Shown here: one piece after another, positions 52,991 through 64,000 of the stretch
Layout of the letters: the number at the start of each line of letters is the position of its first letter
Position numbering within the stretch: the first letter of the stretch is position 1
Source of the DNA: Camelus dromedarius
Taxonomy: Eukaryota
DNA: 64,000 bases
Assembly: GCF_036321535.1 (NCBI RefSeq)
Contig: NC_087447.1
Location: 43,340,001 to 43,404,000 of the forward strand
Reading direction: 5' to 3'
Position numbers and translations under genes: made by a program
Notes under the pieces: generated by a model
The model's database searches: none
The model's input: only the letters and a program-made list of their open reading frames with translations
Told to the model about the DNA's origin: nothing

Positions 52991-55771
52991 ACTACTCTGT
53001 CTTTTTCAGACTCACATAAAAGTTTGGGCGATAATTAGAGCTGTACGTAGTTTGCTTGCACTAATCATCAATTCATAGAGGTTTGTCACTGAGGTGGGAG
53101 GTGGTCATTAATAAGGCCAGTCGTGGAGAAAGATGAAACCCAGAGGAGGGAGTGATTTGTCCAAGATCAGACAGGAAGTTAACACTAGAGCCAGAAGAAC
53201 ATGTCCCTGAATTAGTCAGGCCAGCATTCATGTTCATGTTAAAGGGAAAAGATGGAGCATTCAGGTTCAGTTTTTTTCTTTTTTTTAAATCTTTCAGATT
53301 TGTTTTGTTAACTTTATCAGCCCCTGAAGTTTATCTATTTTTAATAGGCTACTCTATAAATTTTCTTATTTTTAAAACTAATTTGGTTTTATACTTTTGT
53401 CTATGAGAAATGATACTTAGAAGTTTTTTTTTCCTGTAGAATTCACTTTACTAATTTGGGGAGATTTTTTGACATCCAAAATAGTAAAGTTAATACAAAC
53501 ATTTGATTCTAATATGCCACTATGGCCAAACTCAGTAAATCAACTTGCCTTTTATTCTCTGCTATTGTCCTAATGATCTGAGCCCAAGACAACATTGCAT
53601 GTCTTCAGCTTGTTTGCCCTTCTGTCCTCCTGGCTTCCTCATGTCCTGCAGTGAAAGTCGGCTAGTTTTCAAAGCAGCCTCCAAAGGCCAATTCTAGTAC
53701 TAAGATGTCATTGAATACCTTTGATTTCAGCCAGCCAGCCTTCCTCCCTCCACTTAATGGCCCTTCTACCATGACATCCTGTGATGATGGTTTTTCACTC
53801 TTTCTCTCCATTCATAAGTAATATTGCCCTCTTTAAATTTCTGGAGCAGTTGTTCTCACTCTGCTTTCCCTTAAATGTCAGGCTGAGAAGTAAGCATTTT
53901 GTTTTACTGATAAAAGGAGACCCTGAAGTTTCAGGGAGGGAGGATGATATTATTTTGGCAGAGGTATGAGAAATAGATTGGAGGAGAATTTACAAAACTT
54001 GTAGAAGCCAGTTAGGAGACCATTTAATGATCAAGGAGGTGGAGGGGGATGGAAAGAATCAGTGAACTGGAGCAGTGTCAGTGGGAATGAACTTGCTGAG
54101 CCCAGAGGGGCTCCATAGTTTAAAGGTCCATTGGCCCAACAGTGAATAGGATGCTGGGGGCAGGGGAGAGTTGACCTGGGTGACTGGAGGGGAGATCAGG
54201 GGAGAAGTGAGGTGCTCTGCCCACAGAGCGGCTCAGGAAGAGCAGCTGGATTGGGAAGAAGATGGTCAGCTTTGCTTGGGACTGGCTGGACCAAAGGACT
54301 CAGGCAGCACGCATTCCTCCTATGTGCACATTGACCACTCTTCCAGCCACCCTTCAGCCTGGCTGTCACCTCAGTGGAGAGAAAGCCTGGCAGTCTGCAG
54401 TTTTCCATGAACAAATCAGAGAAACACTCATATCAGAGCCAGAAGAGATGTCTTGGGCCATTTTCCTGCCCCCAACCATATAGAGGAACCTGAGTGCAGG
54501 GAGGAGCAGAGACTTACCTTGGAGGCAGTGGCAGAGTCAGGACTAAAGCCCAACCCCCCAGTCTAGTGATATTTCCAATCCCACAAGGGGCCTCAAACTT
54601 CTACAGAAGCCATGGATTAATTCTGAGGCTCTCTATTTTTTTGTATTTGATTTATTTTTCCTTCAGACACTATGTTCCTTAAGGGCACAGCCTCGGTTTT
54701 CCCAATTTTAATATTTATTCCTCCATCTACTCAATAAATATCGGTTTAGCATCTATTACATCATTTAGTATCTATTCCAGGCACTGAGAATACAGTGAAC
54801 AACAGAATAAAGTTCCTGTTCTCCTGGAGCTTACATTCCAGAAGGGAGAGTTGGATAAAAAGCATAAAACGAAAATAAACACGTGTTATTTCAGTTGGTG
54901 ATACATGTTACAGAAAAAATAAACTAGGGAGATGGGATTCAGAGAATTCTGCGGTAGGGAGTGGGGGAGAGGGAGAGGGAGAGAGACTGTTTAAACCACA
55001 GGATCAGAATGATTTTAAAAAGCCATATTTTCTATAGCCCTGAAAACTTTATGGGCATGAGGATGGGCCATGGAGAACTGACTAAAATTTCTCATTTAAG
55101 CAAATTTCAGTATAAGTCAGATATACTCTGACCAGAAATAAATACGTTTGAAACAATTTACTTACGTTCATCTGAGAAAAATGCATTTAAATTCAACCCC
55201 TTTTCAGTGTTTCTGTATTTCTTTGGGTGTATTATTCATATATTTCATTTTAAACAAAGTAATGTAAATGCATTTTGAATTTTGGCATTTATAGTAAATA
55301 TTCACCAAATATTTGTTTTAATTTTGAATTATTAGTTACACTTTTTTCTGGATATCTTTTGCTATTTGTTTATTTGAAAATTTATATATAGATATACAGT
55401 TGAAAAGAACAGAGATGCATACATCAATGTAATAGGCAATGGATTCTAAATAATATAATGTCTGTGTATGTTTTAAGAAAAGGATTAATTTTCCACCTAG
55501 CAAAAAAGTTGCCAGAGAACATCTGCTGTCATTTTGTACTTTTGAAACAAGATTTCTGAGCCCAAATTCTTCACTTCTTCATCTGTACTTGAAAGATTCA
55601 TTAATTCTTATTATTGGCCATTCTCAAAACTGCCAACTTGAAGACTTGTCTAAATGAATTCATCATTATATCTTCTGTCAGGAATACTAGATTCAAACTC
55701 TCAGCTATTGAATTGTGGCTTCATAATTTACACATAATGTCTGTGAAAACAGTACGTGCTCCACCACTGAA

Positions 55772-56717
55772 ATGAAAAGGCAAAACCAAAGCTCTGTGGT
55801 TGAGTTCATCCTCCTGGGCTTTTCTGACTTTCCTGAACTCCAGGGGCAGCTCTTTGGGGTGTTCCTGGTTGTTTACTTGGTGACCCTGATGGGAAATGCC
55901 ATCATTATAGTCGTCATCTCCCTGGAACAGAGCTTTCATGTTCCCATGTATCTGTTTCTCCTGAACTTGTCTGTGGTTGATGTCAGTTTCAGCGCAGTCA
56001 TTATGCCTGAAATGCTGGTGGTCCTCGCCACTGTAAAAACACCAATTTCATTTGTGAGCTGTTTTGCACAGATGTATTTTATTCTTTTTTTTTGGTGGGA
56101 CTGAATGTTTTCTCCTGGGGGCAATGGCTTATGACCGATTTGCTGCAATCTGCTATCCTCTGAGCTACCCAGTGATTATGAACAAAAAGGTTTTCATGAA
56201 ATTAGTGATATTCTCATGGGTCTCAGGGATCATGGTGGCTTCTGTGCAGACCTCGTGGGTTTTTAGTTTTCCCTTTTGTGGCCCCAATGAAATTAATCAT
56301 CTCTTCTGTGAGACTCCCCCAGTGCTAGAGCTTGCGTGTGCAGACACCTTTATGTTTGAAATCTACGCATTCACTGGCACCATTTTGATCGTTATGGTTC
56401 CTTTCCTGTTGATACTCTTGTCTTACACTCGAATCCTCTTTGCCATCCTGAAGATGCCATCAACCACCGGGAGGCAAAAAGCCTTTTCCACCTGTGCCTC
56501 CCATCTCACCTCTGTCACCCTCTTCTACGGCACGGCCAGTATGACTTACTTACAACCCAAATCTGGCTACTCCCCAGAAACCAAGAAGCTGATGTCTTTG
56601 GCTTACACGTTGCTCACACCTCTGCTGAATCCACTGATCTACAGTTTGCGAAACAGTGAGATGAAAAGACCTTTGGTGAAATTATGGCGAAGAAAAGTGG
56701 ATTTACATACACTCTGA
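55772..56717 (+). pseudogene. OR10A3: Olfactory receptor family 10A (OR10A3-like) with one +1 frameshift; either a pseudogene or an intact gene with a homopolymer sequencing error
   Basis: MKRQNQSSVVEFILLGFS..., HVPMYLFL, MAYDRFAAIC, KAFSTCASHL, PLLNPLIYSLRN. Split between ORFs 55772..56104 and 56064..56717 by T9 at 56085-56093. Removing one T gives 314 aa with no other lesion. Confidence 0.9.
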
Positions 56718-57155
56718 CTGTGCTGAGAAGCCATGTGATATCTGGTCACTGCTCAATGGAACTCTATTTGAATTTTACAAATGGCCAAATAATCTGCATT
56801 TCTTGGCATGAACATGTTTAACTTGTTGAGTTTTCCAAATTCAACAATATATTAGGGATCCCTTTCTTTTGATAATGTATTGTTGTCATTCATTTTTCAT
56901 AGATAATATGTTTTCATGACATATAATACAACAGTTTATCTGTTTCTCTACTATAATTATCCAAGTCATTACTGAATTATTGTCATTAAGATTAAGCTTC
57001 AATAAACATCTAGTTCCATATGTTCATATGTACTGACATTTTATCTCTGTGTGATAGATTCCTCAAAGTGGGTCTGATAGGATGAAGAGTATGTATGCTT
57101 ATAGATTTTAACAGCTGTTGCAGAATTACTTTTCAAAATCATTGTAACTTTTCAA

Positions 57156-57310
57156 GGGGGGAGGGCATAGCTCAGTGGTAGAGTGTGTGCTTAGCATGCA
57201 CAAGGTCTTGGGTTCAATCCCCAGTGCCTCCATAAATAAACAAACAAATAAATAAATACCTAATTATCTCCCCCCACCAATTTTTTAAAAAATAAATAAA
57301 ATTTAAAAAA
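57156..57310 (+). mobile_element. tRNA-derived camelid SINE (Vic-1-like)
   Basis: ggggagggcatagctcagtggtagagtgtgtgcttagcatgcacaaggtcttgggttcaatcccc, A-rich tail, TSD-like catt(g/a)taacttttca. Confidence 0.9.
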
Positions 57311-58327
57311 CATTATAACTTTTCAGACTGATCAGAAGGCTCACTCTGCTGCTGTAACAGGGTAGAGCTTCAAGGGACCAACTATAGATGAGCTTTTAAT
57401 TTCTGGAGTGAGAATGTGTTCCATAAATGTGTAAACAAAGTATAGCTATTTTTGAGAGACCAAACTATTCCACTTCATGGATGCACACAGATTATAATTC
57501 AAAACAGGATTTCTCCTGATATTTTCCCGTATATTTATCCAGCGTTGGTGACCAGAGAACTCCATGGGGACTTCCTTAAGTCTCACTTGCTAGTTGTAGT
57601 ATCTTTTTCACTTACAGACCACTGTCTTTAGAGACTTTTGTTAAATTTCCCCTGATGGTCCCAAATTGCCCTCAGACACTTTCGGTATAAATAAAAGATG
57701 ATTCATTTTTTTATTGTGGGAAACTAAGTGATGAACGATTTGTGCATCTTTCCTTTGGTTCTTGAGTCACATCATTAACTGTGTGATCTTCCCCGGAATA
57801 ATTTCTCATCTTGCAATATTTGGAACAGTGAATGCTTGCTTCCTCTTTCAATGTTGCCCTTTGCAAATAGAGAGGGTCCTCTTTATTGAATCTACACCAC
57901 GTGAGCTCCGACTGTCCTTAGTTTCTGCTCCAGGGACGGTACTAAAGGGACATAACACTATCTCCATTGTCATTCAGCTGTGAGAAAAACACATTTTGAT
58001 TACTGCTGCCTCTGCCAGGAGAGTAGAGACGCACAACTGGTCAGTTTCACAAAAATAAACCTCACCATCAAATGGTCGTAACCAGTCTGAGTAGCAGCCG
58101 AATGCTGTATAATCTTTTCAGTAGGATATTAAACAGGCATTTGGAGTGCTTTTTATCAGATTCTGTCTCTGGTGTCCTGAAATTTCCTTCTCATAGCCCT
58201 TAGAGGGGCCAATTAAATAAAGCCATTCATGGGGGAAAAAAAACCTCTGAAAGCCTAATCTCAAACCAAAATGTATAGATTCATTTGTCCACATATTTGT
58301 TGATTCAAAGAGTTTTTGCTAAGATGA

Positions 58328-59390
58328 CCGCCGACGGGGCAGTGAAGGAGGAGCCGAAGAGGAGATCGGCGAGGTTGTCAGCTAAAAGTGAAAACGAAGC
58401 CAAAAAAGGTGACAGGAAAGGATAAATCTTCAGACAAAAAAGTGTAAACAAAAGGGAAAAAGGTAAAACAGGCTGAAGTGGCTAAACAAGGTTTACCTGC
58501 GGAAAACGGAGAAACTAAAAATGAGGAGAGCCCAGCCTCTAATGAAACAGGAGAGAAAGAATTCAAGTCTGATTAATAGCACACACCTGGTCTTGTCAGT
58601 GCCCTGTCTCCCTTCTTGCACAATCCAGAGGAGTATATTTATCAACTATTTCGTAAATGCAAGTTTTATGGTAGCTCTAGAAACATTTTTAAGAAGGAGG
58701 GAATCCCACCTCATCCCATTTTTTAAGTGTAAATGCTTTTTTTTAAGACGTGAAATCATTTGCCTGTTGTTTATTTTTTGATACAACCAGAAAATAGCGG
58801 GATATTGAATATGGGAGACTTTGATTGTCTTCAGTGTCAGCTTAACATGCCATAATGGGGGAAGGTAGTTTTTATATCCTATAATACAGAGCATAATTAA
58901 ATTGCAATTTGGAGTCAGTTGTGCATTTAATGTCTTGAACACTTTACTTCTCTTCCCATGTTGTTTTTGGTAGAGTTGTTTCCTAAAGCAAACCACTTCT
59001 TCATCTTGGCTCTCCTCGTCAGAATTTTGTGCACTCTGTAACATCTTTGGTCGTGGTAGTCCAGTTTTCCTAGTAACTTTGTTAATGTGCAGTGAAGGAT
59101 TGAAAGTTTGAGTACATAGTGTATATGATATTGAATTGTGAATTGGTGGGACTTATGATGTAACAGCATATCAACATTGGATGATATTGGTACTTGATAC
59201 CCTGTTAAGGAAAATTTGCTTCCACATTTTAAGCTGGTAAGTCACTGGAATAACTGTTTGGTAAAGAGTCACAACTACATGATTTTTTTAGATTTTTGGT
59301 ACATATGTTAAGAATTGTGTACAAATTGAAATGTCTGTGTACTGATCCTCAGAACAACCAATAAAATCTCAATTGTGAAAGAAAAAAAAA
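58328..59390 (+). pseudogene. HMGN1: HMGN1 processed pseudogene, 5'-truncated
   Basis: Encodes ADGAVKEEPKRRSARLSAK (HMGN nucleosome-binding motif RRSARLSA), KDKSSDKKV*, LPAENGETKNEESPAS...KSD* (TAA 58574-58576). Intronless, with deletions and an internal stop. ~800-nt 3'UTR, AATAAA 59360-59365, polyA 59382-59390. Confidence 0.93.
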
Positions 59391-60129
59391 GGCAAATACT
59401 TCAAAGAAGTTAATCTTCACAGCATAGAATCTGTTTTTTTTTTTTTTTTTCACATTTTATCCTAAAGTTAGGCCATCTTCATCTTCCTTACTTCTAAAGA
59501 GTCTCACCTTCCCCTTCCCCAGCTGTGGAAAGCAGAAGAGAATGTGGGAGAATGAAGGAAAGCTCCTATGTTGGGGTAGCATCTTGTGGGAGTGAGTCCA
59601 ATGGGCCCCTCGGATGACCACGGAGTTGGTCACGAGGTGTCCCGTGGGATTCTGGCCTATGACCCACACACTTCAGAGGAAACTTTAGAGGAGCTGCTGC
59701 TGAAACTTTCTCACTGTGGACTTTATACCAGTTTGAAATATGCAGTTTGAACCTGTATTAAAAGTTGGCTTTATTCTTTTGATTCTGCATTTAAAGTTGC
59801 CTGGCTGGTTTTAGGTACATTTTGTAGCTCCCACCTCTCCCATTTCCATTATAGGGGTCTTCAACTAAACTTACTGTGGTAATTATTTTGCAACATATAC
59901 ATATATCAAATCATTAAGTTGTAAACTTTAACCTAATAAAATATTCTATATCGATTATTTCTTGATAAAATTTGAAGAAATAAAAAATACAGAATAAATA
60001 TATATTACTCATTACTGCCAATTTAATATTCATAAAGCATAGAAAGCATGGCTTAATGGAAGCTATAGGAAAATGCAACAAGGATTAAGAAAAACTAGTT
60101 TCCTATACTGGTTCTGCCACACTCTAGAT

Positions 60130-60153
60130 AATAATAGTAATAATAATAATGTT

Positions 60154-60185
<32 letters not shown>
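60130..60185. repeat. (TAA)n microsatellite, interrupted
   Basis: Directly visible. Confidence 0.9.
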
Positions 60186-60186
<1 letters not shown>

Positions 60187-60270
60187 TTTGGGATCTTTTA
60201 ATAATCAGTTATTTAACAATACTTATAATATATTCAGTTCTTTTACCTAAATTTTTCTTTTGTTTTGGAG

Positions 60271-60393
60271 TTTTTTCCAGGGGGGAGATAATTAGATTTA
60301 TTTATGTGGTTTTTCAGTGGAGGTGCTGGGGATTGAACCCAGCACTTCGTGCACGCTAAGCATGAACTCCACCACTTAAGCTATACCCTCCCC
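60271..60393 (-). mobile_element. tRNA-derived camelid SINE (Vic-1-like)
   Basis: ggaggtgctggggattgaaccc...ctaagcatg...agctataccctcccc is the reverse complement of the SINE head. TSD-like tgtt(t/c)tggagt. Confidence 0.88.
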
Positions 60394-60999
60394 TCTGTTC
60401 TGGAGTGTTATCGCAAAGTATGTTCCATGTATGACTGCCAAATGCTTGCATTTATTGCTATTTTCTCTCTGACCAATACTTTACCACTTTTTGTAAAGAT
60501 ATCAGAAACATTTTGGTAGGAAAATGTACAGAAGCAAGGTAAAAAGTAGTCTTTCTGTCCCACAGTTACTCTCTCATTACCATCCATTAAATTAAAATGT
60601 TATTAAAATCTTGCCATGTCCATGTCTTTGCTTTCTGTTTGCTTTGTCAGTCGTTGAAGAAGGTATGTTAAATCTCCATTTTGATTTTTAAAAATAAATT
60701 TAGTACTATCGGCTTTGAACTAGTTTGGTATTAATCTTCTTTCCCTTTATCCCCTTCCATGTATCTGAAATGTATGGATCTAGTCTAATACACACCTAGG
60801 AAGGGGTACAAAGCATGACTCCACATCTTGATGACATTTCGCAAACTGCACATCCCCTGTGCTACTGTCCCCTACATCAAGAAATAGAAGATTTCAGTAT
60901 GTCCGAAGGTCCCCGGGATGGGATTCACAGAATATGAATCACGGAGAGCACATATTAGGCAGCCTCCCCGATGCCTGGAGCATGTGACTGGCTCATGCA

Positions 61000-62230
61000 T
61001 GGGGTGTCATCCCACCATGGTGAATGATATGGGAGGAATCCTTGGATTGATTTTGTGATGAAAATCTTTTCTTCAGCACAACTGGTACATTTCCCACTGG
61101 ACACAGATTAGATAGAATGAATCCCTAAGTGGTGTTGTCAGCCTTGTTGCTGCCAGGAAGGGTGAGCTTCCTTGAGAATGAGACAACCTACTCCAGGAAA
61201 ACAGCAAGTGGAAGTGAACAAAGGTAACCTGCATTCTGGCTACATTGTCCAGTTCTGGACAAAGTCAGGCCTGCAGATTCATTCATCTCTTCACTCTCCT
61301 GGGACTGAGCCAGTGGCTTCCTTAATTATTCAAGCCAGTTTAGACTGATCCCTGAGTCCCTTGATTTCACAAATACTTGATGAGATTAATAATATTGTGT
61401 CTATTTTACAGAGAAAGTAATAGAATCAGAGAAGTTAAATGAATTTGCTCAAATTATACAAACTAGTCCAGATTTTGGACTTCCAGTTTAAAAATTCTGT
61501 CTGAAGTCAATTGTTATGACATTTTTCTCATAAAATTTTCAGTGCCTCTATACTTCTACTACAAATGATCAAAAGTTCTTGGTTGGGAGGGGACAGGTGG
61601 GAGGCCATCGAGGCTCTTTACAAAGAGGCCTCCATCCACTTGCCTTAACCTGTTTCCCAGCACTGCACAAACTGCTCATTCCATCGAATCACTCCTCTCC
61701 CTCTGGCTTACCTGCATTTGCTCACACCCTCATCTCTCTGATCTCTTCTTTCCCCGTATGCAACCTTCATTCAGCCTCTGTTTCCACCTGCTATTGGGAA
61801 ATACAGTCTCTTGTCTGAGGAAGTGTTTATTCCCCATAGGAATTTGAGGAAGTGGTGCTCCAGGTTTGTGCTTTTGAGCTTTCTCACCTGAGGAGCCAAG
61901 TTCAAGCTCCTTTAGTTATTATGCAAAAATACAGGGAAGCATGTACGAAGTGACTGCAAGTTCTCCAGGGATGAGTTCTCCAGGGCATTTGATTCAATGT
62001 CAGATAATGTCTTAGAATCAATGGACTTGAATCACTGAGTTGTATTTATGGAAAGGTGGCTTTTGACTAGAGGTAAAATTTCTGATGATGTAGCGTGAAT
62101 TTTAAATCGACAGATTCAATAGGTAAGAAAGTGGAGATTTGGCTGTGTGCTTGTTAGTAGGTTTTCTATTTACAGTGCATCCTCAGCTGATAGTTGAAGA
62201 TGCTTTGAAGTGAAATCTCAGTGCTCAGGA
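61000..62230 (+). promoter_or_regulatory. Probable promoter and non-coding first exon of the next OR10A gene (copy B); its CDS would be off-window
   Basis: Paralogous to 51800-52990. Tandem O/E(Ebf)-like sites ttctccaggga and ttctccagggc at ~61961-61986. Donor AG|gtaag at 62123. Polypyrimidine acceptor ttttttgcag ending at 63980. Confidence 0.5.
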
Positions 62231-63626
62231 AACACCAGACACAGCTGAAATATTTGACTCAGTAGACTCTTCGGGGTTGATGTTAGTCAGTCTCTTCTCT
62301 TCATTTCAGAGAAAGGTTCAGGCGACAATCAGAGATGCGAATTTAATAAATAAGTCTAACTCCAACCTTTTTCAGTTGTAAGGATGAAGCCTGGAGAAGG
62401 GGGTGATATGCCCAAGTATTTTATATCAGTGAGTTATAACGACAGCATCAGAGTCTGCTAAGTTATAGAGAAATCGTGGACCATCTGTGGTCACTCTTTA
62501 CCACTCAAGAACCTTTTGTTCCTTAACATGCTTACAATCAGTCCCCAAAGGTTTCATTTTATTTATATTACACTCTAAATTTTCTAATTTCAAAATCCAT
62601 CCACTTTTAAATATTTGCAAATGAAACATATTATTCTTCTTTTCTCCATTAGAAATATGTTTTAAATGTTTGATCCTATGACTATACTTTACTAATTCTA
62701 GGTGATTTTTTAATATCTTAAATATAATTATTATGGTTAATGCATTCAATTTTAATGATGATTTATTGAGAAATAAATCAATTTGCCTTCTAGTGTCTGC
62801 TGACGTCCTACTGATCTGCACTCAAGACATTCAGCGTCTTCAACTTGCTGTATCCTTCTGTTCTCCTGGGTTCCACAGCATATTTCTGATGGTTTTCGAA
62901 TCATCACACAAAGGCCAACAGGCCTCCACTGTAATGCTAAGTTGTCATCAGATAACTTTGCCCTGAGCCAGTCATCCATCCCCCTCCTTCTGCTTTCCTC
63001 CTGCTGATGGCAGTCTGCGATTCTGCTTCTTCATGCTCCCTCACCCATCAGAAGTGCTCTGCACTTCACTGAAAGGTCTACAGCACTTGTTTTCACCTCC
63101 GCTTCCCAACAGTGTGTGTGCTGGTTTCACTTTCCTTTTAGACACTCTATTCCTTGAAGGTTTTGTGGATTTTCCTCATTTTTTTCTTCCTTTATTCATC
63201 AAATATTGGTTTAGTGTCTACTATGGGCCAGGGGCTGATGTAGACATTATGAAAATAGCAAAGAACAAACAAAATCTTTGACTCCTGGGGTTTGTATTCT
63301 AGTGAGGAAGTTAGGTTTTACATAGACATTTTTATATAATGTCAATTGGTGGTAATGGAGAAAAATAGAGCAATTTATAAGAGCTAGGAATTAGAGAGTA
63401 TAGAGGTAAGGATAAAATGCTCTCTTGTGTGGTTGTGGGGTCCCATGTGTGCCGGAGGTCACTGAGCCTAGAAAATGGTAGGTGCTGAGTCAGTGTCATT
63501 CAACACTGAATAGTGATTAAATGAACTTCTTTGTGAGAAGGAGAGGAGGGAGAAAGGTGGGGGGGAATGTTTAAATCACAATTTCAGAACGATAAATATT
63601 GCACTTTTTTTTTAGGAAGTTAAACT

Positions 63627-63740
63627 TCTTTTGGGGGGAGGTAATAGATTTATTTATTTACTAATGGGGGTACTGGAGATTGAACCCATGACCTCGTGAA
63701 TGCTAAGCAGTCTCTCTACTGCTGAGCTATACCCTCCCTC
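63627..63740 (-). mobile_element. tRNA-derived camelid SINE (Vic-1-like)
   Basis: gggggtactggagattgaacccatgacctcgtgaatgctaagc...gctgagctataccctccc. Confidence 0.88.
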
Positions 63741-64000
63741 CAAAATGGACTTTTCTTAAGTCATCATAAAAAGGACGAGCCGTAGAGAATTTATCCTCAA
63801 AATTTCCCATGCAGGCCAATCACATATTTAACCAAATCACAAAAAGGGATTTTGAATAAGATTAATAGTTATAATAAATACCAGTCAACTATGCTGTAAC
63901 TTTGAATTATTAGACCATTACAAAAATTTTGGTGGCTTTCTTTTTCCATTTGTCAACTTTTTATACTTTATTTTTTGCAGCCTTAAATTTCATATTTATG

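Overview
Mammalian (eukaryotic) genomic DNA, most likely from a camelid: five copies of a tRNA-derived SINE match what I recall as the camelid Vic-1 type. The gene order matches human 11p15.4 read in reverse. (1) A CpG-island first coding exon of TUB (MEGVSSHRTLSYSRWSYD, minus strand, 13931-13986); the rest of TUB lies left of the window. (2) A complete 8-exon EIF3F gene (minus strand, CDS 43218 to 36366, 369 aa, all introns GT-AG, phases consistent). (3) An OR10A3-like olfactory receptor (55772-56717) with a single +1 frameshift in a T9 run. (4) An HMGN1 processed pseudogene, and what looks like the duplicated upstream module of the next OR gene. The rest is L1, L2, MIR, LTR and hAT repeats plus microsatellites. 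There is no prokaryote-type system (no CRISPR, no operon). Best leads: no intact NLRP10 in the EIF3F-OR10A3 interval where synteny predicts it; a decayed, possibly CARD-like coding relic in that interval; a candidate L1 3' transduction; a SINE-head/L1-tail chimera; an in-frame upstream ATG in the TUB exon; divergent CTCF-like sites around EIF3F; and a small higher-order palindromic repeat array. Repeat family names and human comparisons are from memory, not from database searches.
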